Assembly: GCA_016716425.1 (NCBI GenBank)
Contig: JADJWJ010000007.1
Location: forward strand, 93,888-157,887
Length of the DNA: 64,000 nucleotides
Origin: Betaproteobacteria bacterium
GTDB taxonomy: Bacteria; Pseudomonadota; Gammaproteobacteria; Burkholderiales; Casimicrobiaceae
Direction: 5' to 3'
This document shows, piece after piece, positions 29,793-38,306 of this stretch (position 1 is its first letter; each line of letters starts with the position of its first letter). The notes under the pieces were generated by a model. The model did not search any database. It worked only from the letters and a program-made list of their open reading frames with translations, and was not told the origin of the DNA. The position numbers and the translations under genes were made by a program.

Positions 29793-29883
29793 GGTGTGGG
29801 TGTGGGTGTGGGTGTGGGTGTGGGTGTGGGTGTGGGTGTGGGTGTGGGTGTGTGGGTGTGGGTGTGGGTGTGGGTGTGGGTGG
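29793..29883. repeat. Hexanucleotide microsatellite (GGGTGT)n, about 15 units with one internal GT insertion
   Basis: Read directly from the sequence. On the gene strand it is (ACACCC)n, ending 4 nt upstream of the IlvD/Edd ATG at 29788. Confidence 0.95.
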
Positions 29884-30007
29884 GATGGACCGGGTTGACC
29901 GGCGAAGTGCGGCAAAGCGGTCGCGTACCCGGCTGACCGGCGACGGGCCCGCGCCGCGCGACGGCGGCGCAGCCGGCCTCCGCCCGGACGCAGCACGCGG
30001 TAGGACA

Positions 30008-31531
30008 CTACATCACGGCGCCCAGGTACCACGGCACGAACTCGCTCTGTCCGTAGCCGTGCTGTTCGCTCTTCGACTTGGCGCCCGACGCGGTGGCGAG
30101 CATCAACTCGAACAGCCGCTCGCCGGTCGCGTCGATTGACGCGGTACCGTCGGCGATCTCGCCGCAATTGAGGTCGATGTCCTCTTCCTGCTTCACCCAC
30201 AGCGGCGTGTTCGTCGACAGCTTGAGCGATGGCGCCGGCGCGCAGCCATACGCCGAACCGCGCCCGGTCGTGAACACGATCATGTTCGCGCCGCCGGCCA
30301 CCTGGCCGGTCGCCGACACCGGGTCGTAGCCGGGCGTGTCCATGTAGACGAAGCCCTTGGCCGTCACGGCTTCCGCATACTCGTAGACCGCGACGAGGTT
30401 GGTGGTGCCGCCCTTGGCGACGGCGCCGAGCGACTTCTCGAGGATCGTGGTGAGTCCGCCCGCCTTGTTGCCGGGCGACGGGTTGTTGTTCATCTCGCCC
30501 TTTTCGCGCGCCGTGTAGTCCTCCCACCACTTGATGCGCGCGACGAGCTTCTCGCCGACGTCGCGCGCGACGGCGCGCCGCGTCAGCAGGTGCTCGGCGC
30601 CGTAGATCTCCGGCGTCTCGGACAGGATCGCCGAGCCGCCGTGCCGCACGAGGAGGTCCACCGCCGCGCCGAGCGCCGGATTGGCCGTGATGCCGGAGTA
30701 GCCGTCGGAGCCGCCGCACTGCAACCCGACGACGATGTTCGAGGCAGGCACCGGCTGCCGCGTCACCGCGTTCGCATGCGGCAGCATCGCCTCGACGAGG
30801 CCGATGCCGTGCCGGATCGTCTTCGCCGTGCCGCCGGTGTCCTGGATGCTGAACGTCTGCAGCAGCGGCCCTTCCTCCAATTTCTCGGCCCCCAGCAGCG
30901 CGCTGATCTGGTTGGCCTCGCAGCCCAGCCCGATCATCAGGACGCCGGCGAAGTTCGCGTGCTTCGCGTAGCCGCCGAGCGTGCGCCGGAGCACGGCCAT
31001 GCCCTCGCCGTGCGTGTCCATGCCGCAGCCGGAGCCGTGCGTCAGCGCGACCACGCCGTCGACGTGGGGAAATTCCGCCAGCCGCTCGCGCGTGAAGTGG
31101 TCGGCGATGCCGCGCGCGACGGTGGCCGAGCAGTTCACCGTCGACAGGATGCCGATGTAGTTGCGCGTCGCCACTCTTCCGTCGGGCCGAACGATGCCCA
31201 TGAACGTCGCCGGCTCCGCGACGTACCGCGTCGGCTTGACGTCGGCGCCGAACGCGTAGTCGCGGTCGAACGCGCCCATCGCCAGATTGTGCAGGTGCAC
31301 GTGCTCGCCGGCCGCGATGTCGCGGCTCGCGAAGCCGATGATCTGGTCGTAGCGGCGCACCGGCTCGCCGGACCGGATCGCCCGGGTGGCGACCTTGTGC
31401 CCCGGCGGCACGAGCCCCGACACCGTGACCTTCTCGTCGATGAGTTCCGTGCCGCCGACGAGCTGCGCGCGGGCGATCACGACGTCGTCGTGCGGGTGCA
31501 GGCGGATGGTGAGCGAGGTCTTCGTCAACAT
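30008..31531 (-). CDS. UxaA/GarD-family dehydratase (altronate/galactarate dehydratase-like)
   Basis: 507 aa. SAF-like N-domain (IRLHPHDDVVIA...PGHKVA) and a UxaA C-domain. Confidence 0.85.
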   Translation of the reverse strand: MLTKTSLTIRLHPHDDVVIARAQLVGGTELIDEKVTVSGLVPPGHKVATRAIRSGEPVRRYDQIIGFASRDIAAGEHVHLHNLAMGAFDRDYAFGADVKPTRYVAEPATFMGIVRPDGRVATRNYIGILSTVNCSATVARGIADHFTRERLAEFPHVDGVVALTHGSGCGMDTHGEGMAVLRRTLGGYAKHANFAGVLMIGLGCEANQISALLGAEKLEEGPLLQTFSIQDTGGTAKTIRHGIGLVEAMLPHANAVTRQPVPASNIVVGLQCGGSDGYSGITANPALGAAVDLLVRHGGSAILSETPEIYGAEHLLTRRAVARDVGEKLVARIKWWEDYTAREKGEMNNNPSPGNKAGGLTTILEKSLGAVAKGGTTNLVAVYEYAEAVTAKGFVYMDTPGYDPVSATGQVAGGANMIVFTTGRGSAYGCAPAPSLKLSTNTPLWVKQEEDIDLNCGEIADGTASIDATGERLFELMLATASGAKSKSEQHGYGQSEFVPWYLGAVM

Positions 31532-31554
31532 GGTGATCTGCTCCGCACAACTGC

Positions 31555-31631
31555 TTTCACAAAGAGGCGCACAGACGCAGAGTGCGGCACCGCACGTCGA
31601 CGTTCCCTGCGCCTCTGCGTCTCATTGTGAA
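31555..31631. repeat. REP family 3 copy (imperfect palindrome TTCACAAAGAGGCGCACAGACGCAGAG ... CTGCGCCTCTGCGTCTCATTGTGAA)
   Basis: Related palindromic units occur at 43522-43585 and 46214-46290. Confidence 0.75.
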
Positions 31632-31642
31632 TCCCCCGCCGG

Positions 31643-32746
31643 CTACTTCACCGTCGCCCGCGCGACGGCAAGCCGTTCGATGGCGGCCCAGTCCCAGTCG
31701 ATGCCGAGGCCGGGCGTCGCCGGCGGGATCGCGCAGCCGTCGCGCATCTCCATCCGCGACGTCGTCACGTCGTCGAGCTGGGGAATGTACTCCACCCACG
31801 CGCCATTGGGGACGGCCGCCGACAGCGACACGTGCAGCTCCATCAGGAAGTGCGGGCACACGGGCGCGTTGAACGTCTCGGCCAGGTGCGCAACCTTGAG
31901 CCACGGCGTGATGCCGCCGATGCGTGCGCAGTCCACCTGCACGACCGAGCACGCGCGCCGCTCCAGGTATTCCCTGAAGTGCGCGGGGTGATAGAGCGAC
32001 TCGCCGACGGCGATCGGCATCGTCGCTTTCGCGGCCAGCTCCACGTGCCCGGCCAGGTCCTCGGCCGGCAACGGCTCCTCGAACCAGTCGAGCATGAGAT
32101 CGCGGTACGCGAACGCGCGGCGTGACGCCTCCGCAACCGTGAACGCCTGGTTGGCGTCGATCATCAGCGCGAACGCATCGCCCAAGGCCCCGCGCACGGC
32201 GGCGAGCCGCGCGACGTCTTCGGCGATCGACGGCCGGCCCACCTTGACCTTGGCGCCGCGGAAGCCCTGCGCCTTCGCCGCAGCGGCCTCGTCGACCAGC
32301 TGCTGCGGCGAATGGTGGAGCCAGCCGCCCTCGGTCGTGTACACGGGCACCCGCGCCTGCGCACCGCCCGCGACCTTCCACAGCGGCTGCCCGGCGCGGC
32401 GGCACTTCAGGTCCCACAGCGCGGTGTCGATCGCCGCGAGCGCGAGGCTCGTGATCGCCCCGACCGCCGTCGCGTGCGTGGCGAAGAAGAGGTCTTTCCA
32501 GATCGCCTCGACCTCGTCCGCGTCGCGGCCGACGAGGCGCGGCGCAAGGTGGTCGCGCAGCAGCGCGACGACCGACGAGCCGCCGGTGCCGATCGTGTAC
32601 GTGTAGCCGGTGCCGACGGCGCCATCGGCGCAGGTGACGCGCACCATCGGCGTCTCCTGCGTGACGAACGACTGGATCGCATCGGTGCGCCGCACCTTCG
32701 GCGGCAGGTTCACCTGCATGACCTCGACGCGCTCGACCCTGCTCAC
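31643..32746 (-). CDS. Enolase-superfamily (mandelate racemase subgroup) acid-sugar dehydratase
   Basis: AAIDTALWDLK and the MIDANQAF...EEP...E metal-ligand pattern. The GTG start at 32746 overlaps the dctM stop (GTGA). Confidence 0.85.
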   Translation of the reverse strand: MSRVERVEVMQVNLPPKVRRTDAIQSFVTQETPMVRVTCADGAVGTGYTYTIGTGGSSVVALLRDHLAPRLVGRDADEVEAIWKDLFFATHATAVGAITSLALAAIDTALWDLKCRRAGQPLWKVAGGAQARVPVYTTEGGWLHHSPQQLVDEAAAAKAQGFRGAKVKVGRPSIAEDVARLAAVRGALGDAFALMIDANQAFTVAEASRRAFAYRDLMLDWFEEPLPAEDLAGHVELAAKATMPIAVGESLYHPAHFREYLERRACSVVQVDCARIGGITPWLKVAHLAETFNAPVCPHFLMELHVSLSAAVPNGAWVEYIPQLDDVTTSRMEMRDGCAIPPATPGLGIDWDWAAIERLAVARATVK

Positions 32747-34159
32747 TTTGGAAACAGCACCGATGGCAGCCACATGACGCCGGCCGGCCAATACGTGATG
32801 ATCGCGAGCGTCCCGATCAGCGGGATCATCCAGGGAACGATCGCGCGCACCGTCGCCTCGAACGAGAGCCGCGAGACCTTCTGCAGCACGAACAGCACCA
32901 TGCCCACCGGCGGCGTCAGCAGGCCGATCATCAGGTTGAGCACCATGACGAGGCCGAAGTGCACCGGATCGATGCCCAGCTTCGCGATGATCGGCATGAA
33001 CACCGGCACGAGAATCGTGATCGCGGCGATCGTCTCCATGAAGCAGCCGACGAACAGCAGGAACACGTTGGCGAGCAGCAGGAACACGTAGGGGTTGTCG
33101 GAAATCGACAGCACCCAGACGCCGATCGCGTCGGTGACGCGCGTCGTCGTCAGCACCCAGGCGAAAATCGAAGCGGACGCGACGATGAACAGCACGACCG
33201 CGGTGGTCTCGATCGTGTCCATCGACACCTTGACGAACATCCGCCACGACAGCGTCCGGTACCACGCGAAGCCGAGAAACAGCGCCCACGCGACGGCGGC
33301 CACCGCAGCCTCGGTCGGCGTGAACAGCCCCGACGCCATGCCGCCGATCAGGATCACCGGTGTGAGCAGCGCCATGAAGGCCTCGAAGCGGAACACGCGG
33401 TCGGCGACGCAGACGGCGACCAGCGGCAGCCCGAAGCGCACGAGCCCGCCGAACGTCTCCGGTTCCGCCGACCACAGGAAGTACAGCCCGACGGCGGCGA
33501 GCGCGACCGCGCCCAGCTCGAAGAACGCGCGGCCCATCCGCGGCCACGAGAACGCGATGTCGCGGCCGTACTTCCGCACGTGCGCGTAGTACGCGACCAT
33601 CAGCATCATCAGCAGCGCCATCAGCGCGCCGGGCAGGAACCCGGCCGCGAACAACTGGCCGATCGACGCGTTCGCCTGGACGCCGTAGATCACCATCGGC
33701 AGCGACGGCGGGATGATCGGGCCGAGCGTCGACGACGCGGCCGTGATGCCGACGGCGAATTCCGCCGGATAGCCGTGGTCCTGCATCGCCTTGATCTCGA
33801 TGGTGCCGAGGCCGCCCGCGTCCGCCACCGCGGTGCCCGACATCCCGGCGAACACCACGCTGCCGACGACGTTGACGTGGCCGAGGCCGCCCTTCAGCCA
33901 GCCCGACCAGCGCGAGCGCGAAGTTGTAGATGCGGTTGGTGATGCCGGCCGAGTTCATCAGGTTGCCGGCGAGGATGAAGAACGGCACCGCGAGCAGCGG
34001 GAAGCTGTCCACACCCCCGACCATCCGGTGCACGACAGTCAGCGGCGGGATCGTGCCGGAGATCCAGATGTACAGCAGCGAGGCGATGCACATCGCGATC
34101 GCGATGGGCAGGCCGGTCACCATCAGGGCGAGGAAGCCGCCGAGCAGCACGCCGTTCAT
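32743..34159 (-). pseudogene. dctM: TRAP transporter large permease DctM, frameshifted
   Basis: The N-terminal 86 aa (MNGVLLGG...NFALALVG) are in the frame starting at 34159. WLKGGLGHVNVVGSVVFAGMSG... follows in the frame of ORF 32743-33858. There is an extra G in a GGG run (plus-strand CCC at 33902-33904). Confidence 0.8.
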
Positions 34160-34346
34160 CGCGAGCCTCCGTCAGTCCCGACGGGCCGTCCCGAGGGACT
34201 GACCTGCCCCCTCGGGGGGCAGCGAGCGAAGCGAGCGTGGGGGTCGTCCACCGTCCCGACGGGCCGTCCCGAGGACTGACGGGGGGCAGCGAGCGAAGCG
34301 AGCCCCCTCGGGGGGCAGCGAGCGAAGCGAGCGTGGAGACCCATCG
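34160..34346. repeat. REP family 2 cluster (hairpin GTCAGTCCC-N15-GGGACTGAC plus GCCCCCTCGGGGGGCAGCGAGCGAAGCGAGCGTGGGGG modules)
   Basis: It fills the dctQ-dctM gap. The same modules occur in opposite orientation at 42169-42254 and 61372-61726. Confidence 0.85.
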
Positions 34347-34928
34347 CTACACCTCGGCCTCGCCCGGGCGCTCGAGCACGCTCCAACCCTGCCGCCAGTG
34401 GCGGACTGCCACCTGCACGGCGCGGATCGTCATCAGCACGAAGCCGGCCATGACAAAGCTGTAGATGACGCTCACCGGCACGTCGATCATCGTCATCTTG
34501 AGATTGTTCATCCGGGGGATGAGCAGGCTCGACAGGTACGTCGCGTACGCGAAGAACGCGACGCGCACGACGTCGACGAACGTCGACATCACCCGCCCAA
34601 CGGCCGCGGGCACGTACCGGTAGAGGAACTCGACGTGGATGTGAGTGTTGCGACGAACGCCCATCGACGCGCCGACGAACACGACGACGATCAGCAGGTA
34701 GCGCGCGATCTCCTCGGTCCACGCCGCCGAGTCCTGCAGCACGTAGCGCGTGAAGAACTGGTAGAAGACATCGAGCGCGAGCAGCCAGAACACGACGAAC
34801 GTGAACCAGTCCTCCCATGCGTAGTGCGAGATGTCGATCGGCGCGTCGACCGCGTGGAAGTGCCCATCCGCGTCGAGGACGGGCTCGAGTTCGGGAGCGG
34901 TTTCGCGCTGGTCGGTCGGAGTCTGCAT
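34347..34928 (-). CDS. dctQ: TRAP transporter small permease DctQ
   Basis: 193 aa with 4 TM helices, located between dctP and dctM. Confidence 0.85.
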   Translation of the reverse strand: MQTPTDQRETAPELEPVLDADGHFHAVDAPIDISHYAWEDWFTFVVFWLLALDVFYQFFTRYVLQDSAAWTEEIARYLLIVVVFVGASMGVRRNTHIHVEFLYRYVPAAVGRVMSTFVDVVRVAFFAYATYLSSLLIPRMNNLKMTMIDVPVSVIYSFVMAGFVLMTIRAVQVAVRHWRQGWSVLERPGEAEV

Positions 34929-34969
34929 GGCGGCTGCCGTTCGCGGTTCAGGCCACGCGTGGCCTCATC

Positions 34970-35064
34970 GTGTCATCCCGGTCGACACGCGACACCGCCA
35001 CGTGTCATCCCGAGCGGAGCGAGGGATCTGCTGGTCGTGCCCGTCCATGGGAACAGCAGATCCC
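34970..35064. repeat. REP family 1 copies plus the stem GGGATCTGCTG ... CAGCAGATCCC
   Basis: GTGTCATCCCG occurs twice (34970, 35002). The 11-bp inverted repeat arms are at 35023-35033 and 35054-35064. Confidence 0.75.
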
Positions 35065-35086
35065 CCTTCCGTCGCTCGTCGGGAGA

Positions 35087-35114
35087 ACTTCGCGCGCGCT
35101 CGCGCGCGCGAAGT
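35087..35114 (-). terminator. Perfect GC hairpin ACTTCGCGCGCGC-TC-GCGCGCGCGAAGT abutting the dctP stop
   Basis: A 13-bp stem whose right arm ends on the first base of the dctP stop triplet, with TTCTCCC after it on the gene strand. It could be an intra-operon attenuator or an mRNA stabiliser. Confidence 0.5.
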
Positions 35115-36091
35115 CACTTGATCGCGACGATCTTGTCGTAGTCCGCGCGCGAGAAGCCCAGCGACTCGACCGGGACGTTCTTCAGCACGGCGTCGACGAA
35201 CGTCTGGCGGTTCACCGGGACGATCTGCAGCCCCTTCTTCTTGAACTCGTCGGCGAGCTCGGCTTCGCGCTTCTTGATCTGCGCGGTCGCGCGCGCCGCC
35301 GCCTCGCGGGTGACGTCGGTGAAGATCTTCTGCTCCGCCGGCGTCAGCTTGTTCCACACGTGCGGCGCGATCTGCGTGGTCAGGCCGTCGACGATGTGCG
35401 ACGTCATCATGATCGCCTTCTGCACTTCGTAGAATTTCTTGGCCTCGATCGTCGTGAGCGGGTTCTCCTGCGCCTCGACCGTGCCGTTCTGCAGCGCGAG
35501 GTAGACCTCGGCGAACGCGATCGGCGTCGGGTTGGCGCCGCAGGCCTTCGGCGTGGCCGTGTACGTCGGGACGTCGGGCACGCGGATCTTGAGACCCTTC
35601 ATGCCGGCGCAGTCGGTGAACGGCCGGTTCGACGTCGTCTGCCGCGCGCCGTAGTACGTGTACGCGGTGATCTGGATGCCGGTCTTCTTGCGGAACTCCT
35701 CGACCATTTCGGCGAACACCGGGCTCTTCGAGTACGCGAGCAGGTGGTCGGCGTCGCGGAAGATGAACGGGTAGTACGCGATGCCGAGCCGCGGGTAGCT
35801 GCGCGCCGCGAACGACGGGCCGCTGATGATCATGTCGACGGTGCCGAGCTGCATGCCCTGGTTGATGTCGGTCTCCTTGCCGAGCGACGACGCCGGGAAC
35901 ACCTCGATGTCGAACTTGCCGTTCGTGCGCTTCTTGATCTCCTGCGCGGCCCACACCGACTCGGTGTGGTAAGGCTCGCTGGTCTCGTACACGTGGGCCC
36001 ACTTCAGCTTCTGCTGCGCGAGCGCGGGACCGCCGGCGACCAACGCGGCGGCGGCCGCGGCCGCCATTGCGAACTTCGAGATGAGACGCAT
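35114..36091 (-). CDS. dctP: TRAP transporter substrate-binding protein DctP
   Basis: Signal peptide followed by a DctP-family sequence (KLKWAHVYETSEPYH...). Confidence 0.9.
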   Translation of the reverse strand: MRLISKFAMAAAAAAALVAGGPALAQQKLKWAHVYETSEPYHTESVWAAQEIKKRTNGKFDIEVFPASSLGKETDINQGMQLGTVDMIISGPSFAARSYPRLGIAYYPFIFRDADHLLAYSKSPVFAEMVEEFRKKTGIQITAYTYYGARQTTSNRPFTDCAGMKGLKIRVPDVPTYTATPKACGANPTPIAFAEVYLALQNGTVEAQENPLTTIEAKKFYEVQKAIMMTSHIVDGLTTQIAPHVWNKLTPAEQKIFTDVTREAAARATAQIKKREAELADEFKKKGLQIVPVNRQTFVDAVLKNVPVESLGFSRADYDKIVAIK

Positions 36092-36157
36092 GATTCCTCC
36101 TTGAGACGCACGGTGCGGCGCGGGCTTTCGGGTCCCGCTGCCGCGTGAAAACGTGAC

Positions 36158-37180
36158 TTATGCCACAACTTGCACCTTGGTGCTCCTGTTTTTGTCCGCG
36201 GCGGCGGCAAACGCCGCCACCGCGTCCTGCAACGGATACTGGCCGGACAGCAGCGGCCGCACGTCGACGCGCCGCGTCGACAGGTAGTCGACCGCCCAGT
36301 CGAACTCGATGCCCCAGCGGAAAGCGCCGCGCAGGTCGAGCTCCTTCGCCATCAGCTCGTTGACGACGAACGGCAGCGGCTCGTGCGGCAGCGTGCCCAC
36401 CTGCACGATCACGCCGCCGCGCTTCGTCGCCGCCACGCAGGCCTCGAGCGCGTTGAAGTTGCCCGAGACCTCGTACGACACGTCGAACTGCGGCTCCGCC
36501 AGCGCGGCGGGCTCGCGGTCCGCGCGCAGAGTCACGTCGGCGCCGACCTTCTTCGCCTGCGCGAGCGGCCGGTCGAGCACGTCGGTCACGGTGACCTTGC
36601 GCGCGCCGGCCAGCCGGGCCGCCATCACGGTGACGCAGCCGATCGTGCCCGCGCCGGTGATCAGCACCGACTTGCCGAGCAGGTCGCCGCCACGGTTCAC
36701 GCCGTGCAGGCCGACCGCCAGCGGCTCGGCGAACGCGAGTTCGCCGAGCGAGATGTCGCCGTCGACCGGGTAGCATTGGCGCTCGCCCATCACGAAGTAC
36801 TCCTGGAACATCCCCTGCACGTGCGGAAAGCGGCTGGCGCTGCCGAGGAAACGCATCTCGCGGCACAGGTGCTCGCGACCTTCGCGGCAGTAGTCGCAGC
36901 GGCCGCACGCATGCGACGGCGACACCGCCACCTTGTCGCCGACCTTCACGCGCGTGACGCCGGGTCCGACGGCCGCGACGACGGCGGAGGCCTCGTGCCC
37001 CGGGATCAGCGGCTCGCGCACGACGAAGTTGCCGTTGCGCCCCTCGTAGTAGTAGTGCAGGTCGGAGCCGCAGATGCCGCCGGCGCCCAGGCGCAGCAGC
37101 ACGTCGCCGGGACCGGCTTCGGGAATGTCGACCGGCTCGATGCGCAGGTCTTCCTTGGCGTGGATGCGGCAGGCAAGCAT
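36158..37180 (-). CDS. Zn-dependent sugar/polyol dehydrogenase (L-idonate 5-dehydrogenase/sorbitol dehydrogenase-like)
   Basis: GHEAS, structural-zinc CGRCDYCREGREHLC, and GAGTIG. ATG 37180 has GGAGGAGG upstream. The 472-aa ORF-track version extends through the tandem repeats. Confidence 0.85.
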   Translation of the reverse strand: MLACRIHAKEDLRIEPVDIPEAGPGDVLLRLGAGGICGSDLHYYYEGRNGNFVVREPLIPGHEASAVVAAVGPGVTRVKVGDKVAVSPSHACGRCDYCREGREHLCREMRFLGSASRFPHVQGMFQEYFVMGERQCYPVDGDISLGELAFAEPLAVGLHGVNRGGDLLGKSVLITGAGTIGCVTVMAARLAGARKVTVTDVLDRPLAQAKKVGADVTLRADREPAALAEPQFDVSYEVSGNFNALEACVAATKRGGVIVQVGTLPHEPLPFVVNELMAKELDLRGAFRWGIEFDWAVDYLSTRRVDVRPLLSGQYPLQDAVAAFAAAADKNRSTKVQVVA

Positions 37181-37208
37181 GGCGCCTCCTCCTTCAATGC
37201 ACTTTCTA

Positions 37209-37590
37209 CAGCGAATCGTCCGGCTCCGCCGGCGATTCGCCCCTGACCAGCTTCTCGTGCGGCACTGCCGCGTTCCGATGTTTCCAAGGGGTTGCGGGCG
37301 GCAGCCCTGCAACCCCTTCTGACCTGCCTTTCCCCGCCTGCAGCGAGTCGTCCGGCTCGGCCGGCGATTCGCCCCTGACCAGCTTCTCGTGCGGCACCGG
37401 CGCGTACTGATTCTTCCAAGGGGTTGCGGGCGGCAGCCCTGCAACCCCTTCTGACCTGCCTTTCCCCACCTGCAGCGAATCGTCCGGCTCCGCCGGCGAT
37501 TCGCCCCTGACCAGCTTCTCGTGCGGTACTGCCGCGTTCCGATTTTTCCAAGGGGTTGCGGGCGGCAGCCCTGCAACCCCTTCTGATCTG
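37209..37590. repeat. Tandem array of 3 x 132 bp (third copy slightly truncated)
   Basis: Unit starts are at 37209, 37341 and 37473 (CAGCGARTCGTCCGGCTC...). Each unit holds GAATCG-TCCGGCTCCGCCGG-CGATTC and GGGGTTGC-GGGCGGCAGCCCT-GCAACCCC hairpins. Confidence 0.95.
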
Positions 37591-37598
37591 AATCTAAC

Positions 37599-38306
37599 TC
37601 ACTGCAACGTGTCCCAGCCCGTCGAAAAGCGCTTGTACGCCTGGTTCAGGTGCCGCTGCATTGCCGTGCGCGCGGCCTTCGGGTCGCGTGCGGCGATCGC
37701 CAGGAACACCGTCCGATGCTCGGCGATCGCGCTCTCCCACAGCGCCGGCGAGTCGTAGTGGTCCTCCAGCTGCTTGTACAGCGGCCCAGTGCGCTCGTCC
37801 CAGAGCATCTTGACCACGGCGACCAGCGCGCCGTTGCCGGTCGCTTCCGCGATGCGCAGGTGGAAGAGCCGGTCGCCGTTGAGCGGCTGGCGCTCGCTCT
37901 CCTGCAACTCGTGCTGCATCTCGTCGAGCGCCTCGGCGATCGCGTCGAGCTGCGCCTTCTTCGCCGATTTCGCGGCGAGCGCCGCGCATTCCGATTCGAT
38001 GATGTAGCGCGCGCGCAGCAACTCGAACGGGCCTGCCTCGGCCTCGTGCGGCGCCGCCACGGTCTTGTCGTCGCCAACCGGCCGCACGTAGATGCCCGAG
38101 CCGATCCGCACTTCGACCAGTCCCTCGACCTCCAGCGCGATCAACGCCTCGCGCACCGACGGCCGGGAGACGCCGAGCTGCTTCGCCAGGTCGCGTTCGG
38201 GCGGCAACCGCGCGCCGGCCGAGAACTCGCCGCTCTTGATGAGCAGGCGGATCTGGTCCGCGATCTGGCGGTACAGCCGGCGGGGTTCGATGCTGTGGAA
38301 CGGCAT
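37599..38306 (-). CDS. GntR/FadR-family transcriptional regulator
   Basis: Winged-helix region (LPPERDLAKQLGVSRPSVREAL) and an FCD-like C-domain. Start at ATG 38306. Confidence 0.9.
   Translation of the reverse strand: MPFHSIEPRRLYRQIADQIRLLIKSGEFSAGARLPPERDLAKQLGVSRPSVREALIALEVEGLVEVRIGSGIYVRPVGDDKTVAAPHEAEAGPFELLRARYIIESECAALAAKSAKKAQLDAIAEALDEMQHELQESERQPLNGDRLFHLRIAEATGNGALVAVVKMLWDERTGPLYKQLEDHYDSPALWESAIAEHRTVFLAIAARDPKAARTAMQRHLNQAYKRFSTGWDTLQ

Noticed and set aside
29718-29936. His-Pro/His-Thr (minus strand) and Gly-Val/Trp-Val (plus strand) repeat peptides encoded across the microsatellite
   Set aside because: These are translation artefacts of the (GGGTGT)n tract inside long shadow ORFs. 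The tract lies in the intergenic gap between two well-defined genes.
31643-34159. 838-aa ORF suggesting a DctM-enolase fusion protein
   Set aside because: Only the first 86 aa and the last 367 aa make sense. The middle is out-of-frame junk across dctM. It is explained by a 1-nt frameshift in dctM plus the GTGA stop/start overlap at 32743-32746.
36158-37576. 472-aa version of the Zn-dehydrogenase with a repeat-encoded N-terminal extension, and the 87-aa ORF at 37206-37469
   Set aside because: The extension is three copies of a low-complexity peptide created by the 132-bp period being a multiple of 3. A strong GGAGGAGG-ATG start at 37180 gives a normal-length enzyme.
37209-37590. CRISPR array (also considered for 61533-61726)
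   Set aside because: The repeats are directly contiguous with no unique spacers. The units (132 and 78 bp) are far longer than CRISPR repeats. No cas genes are present.
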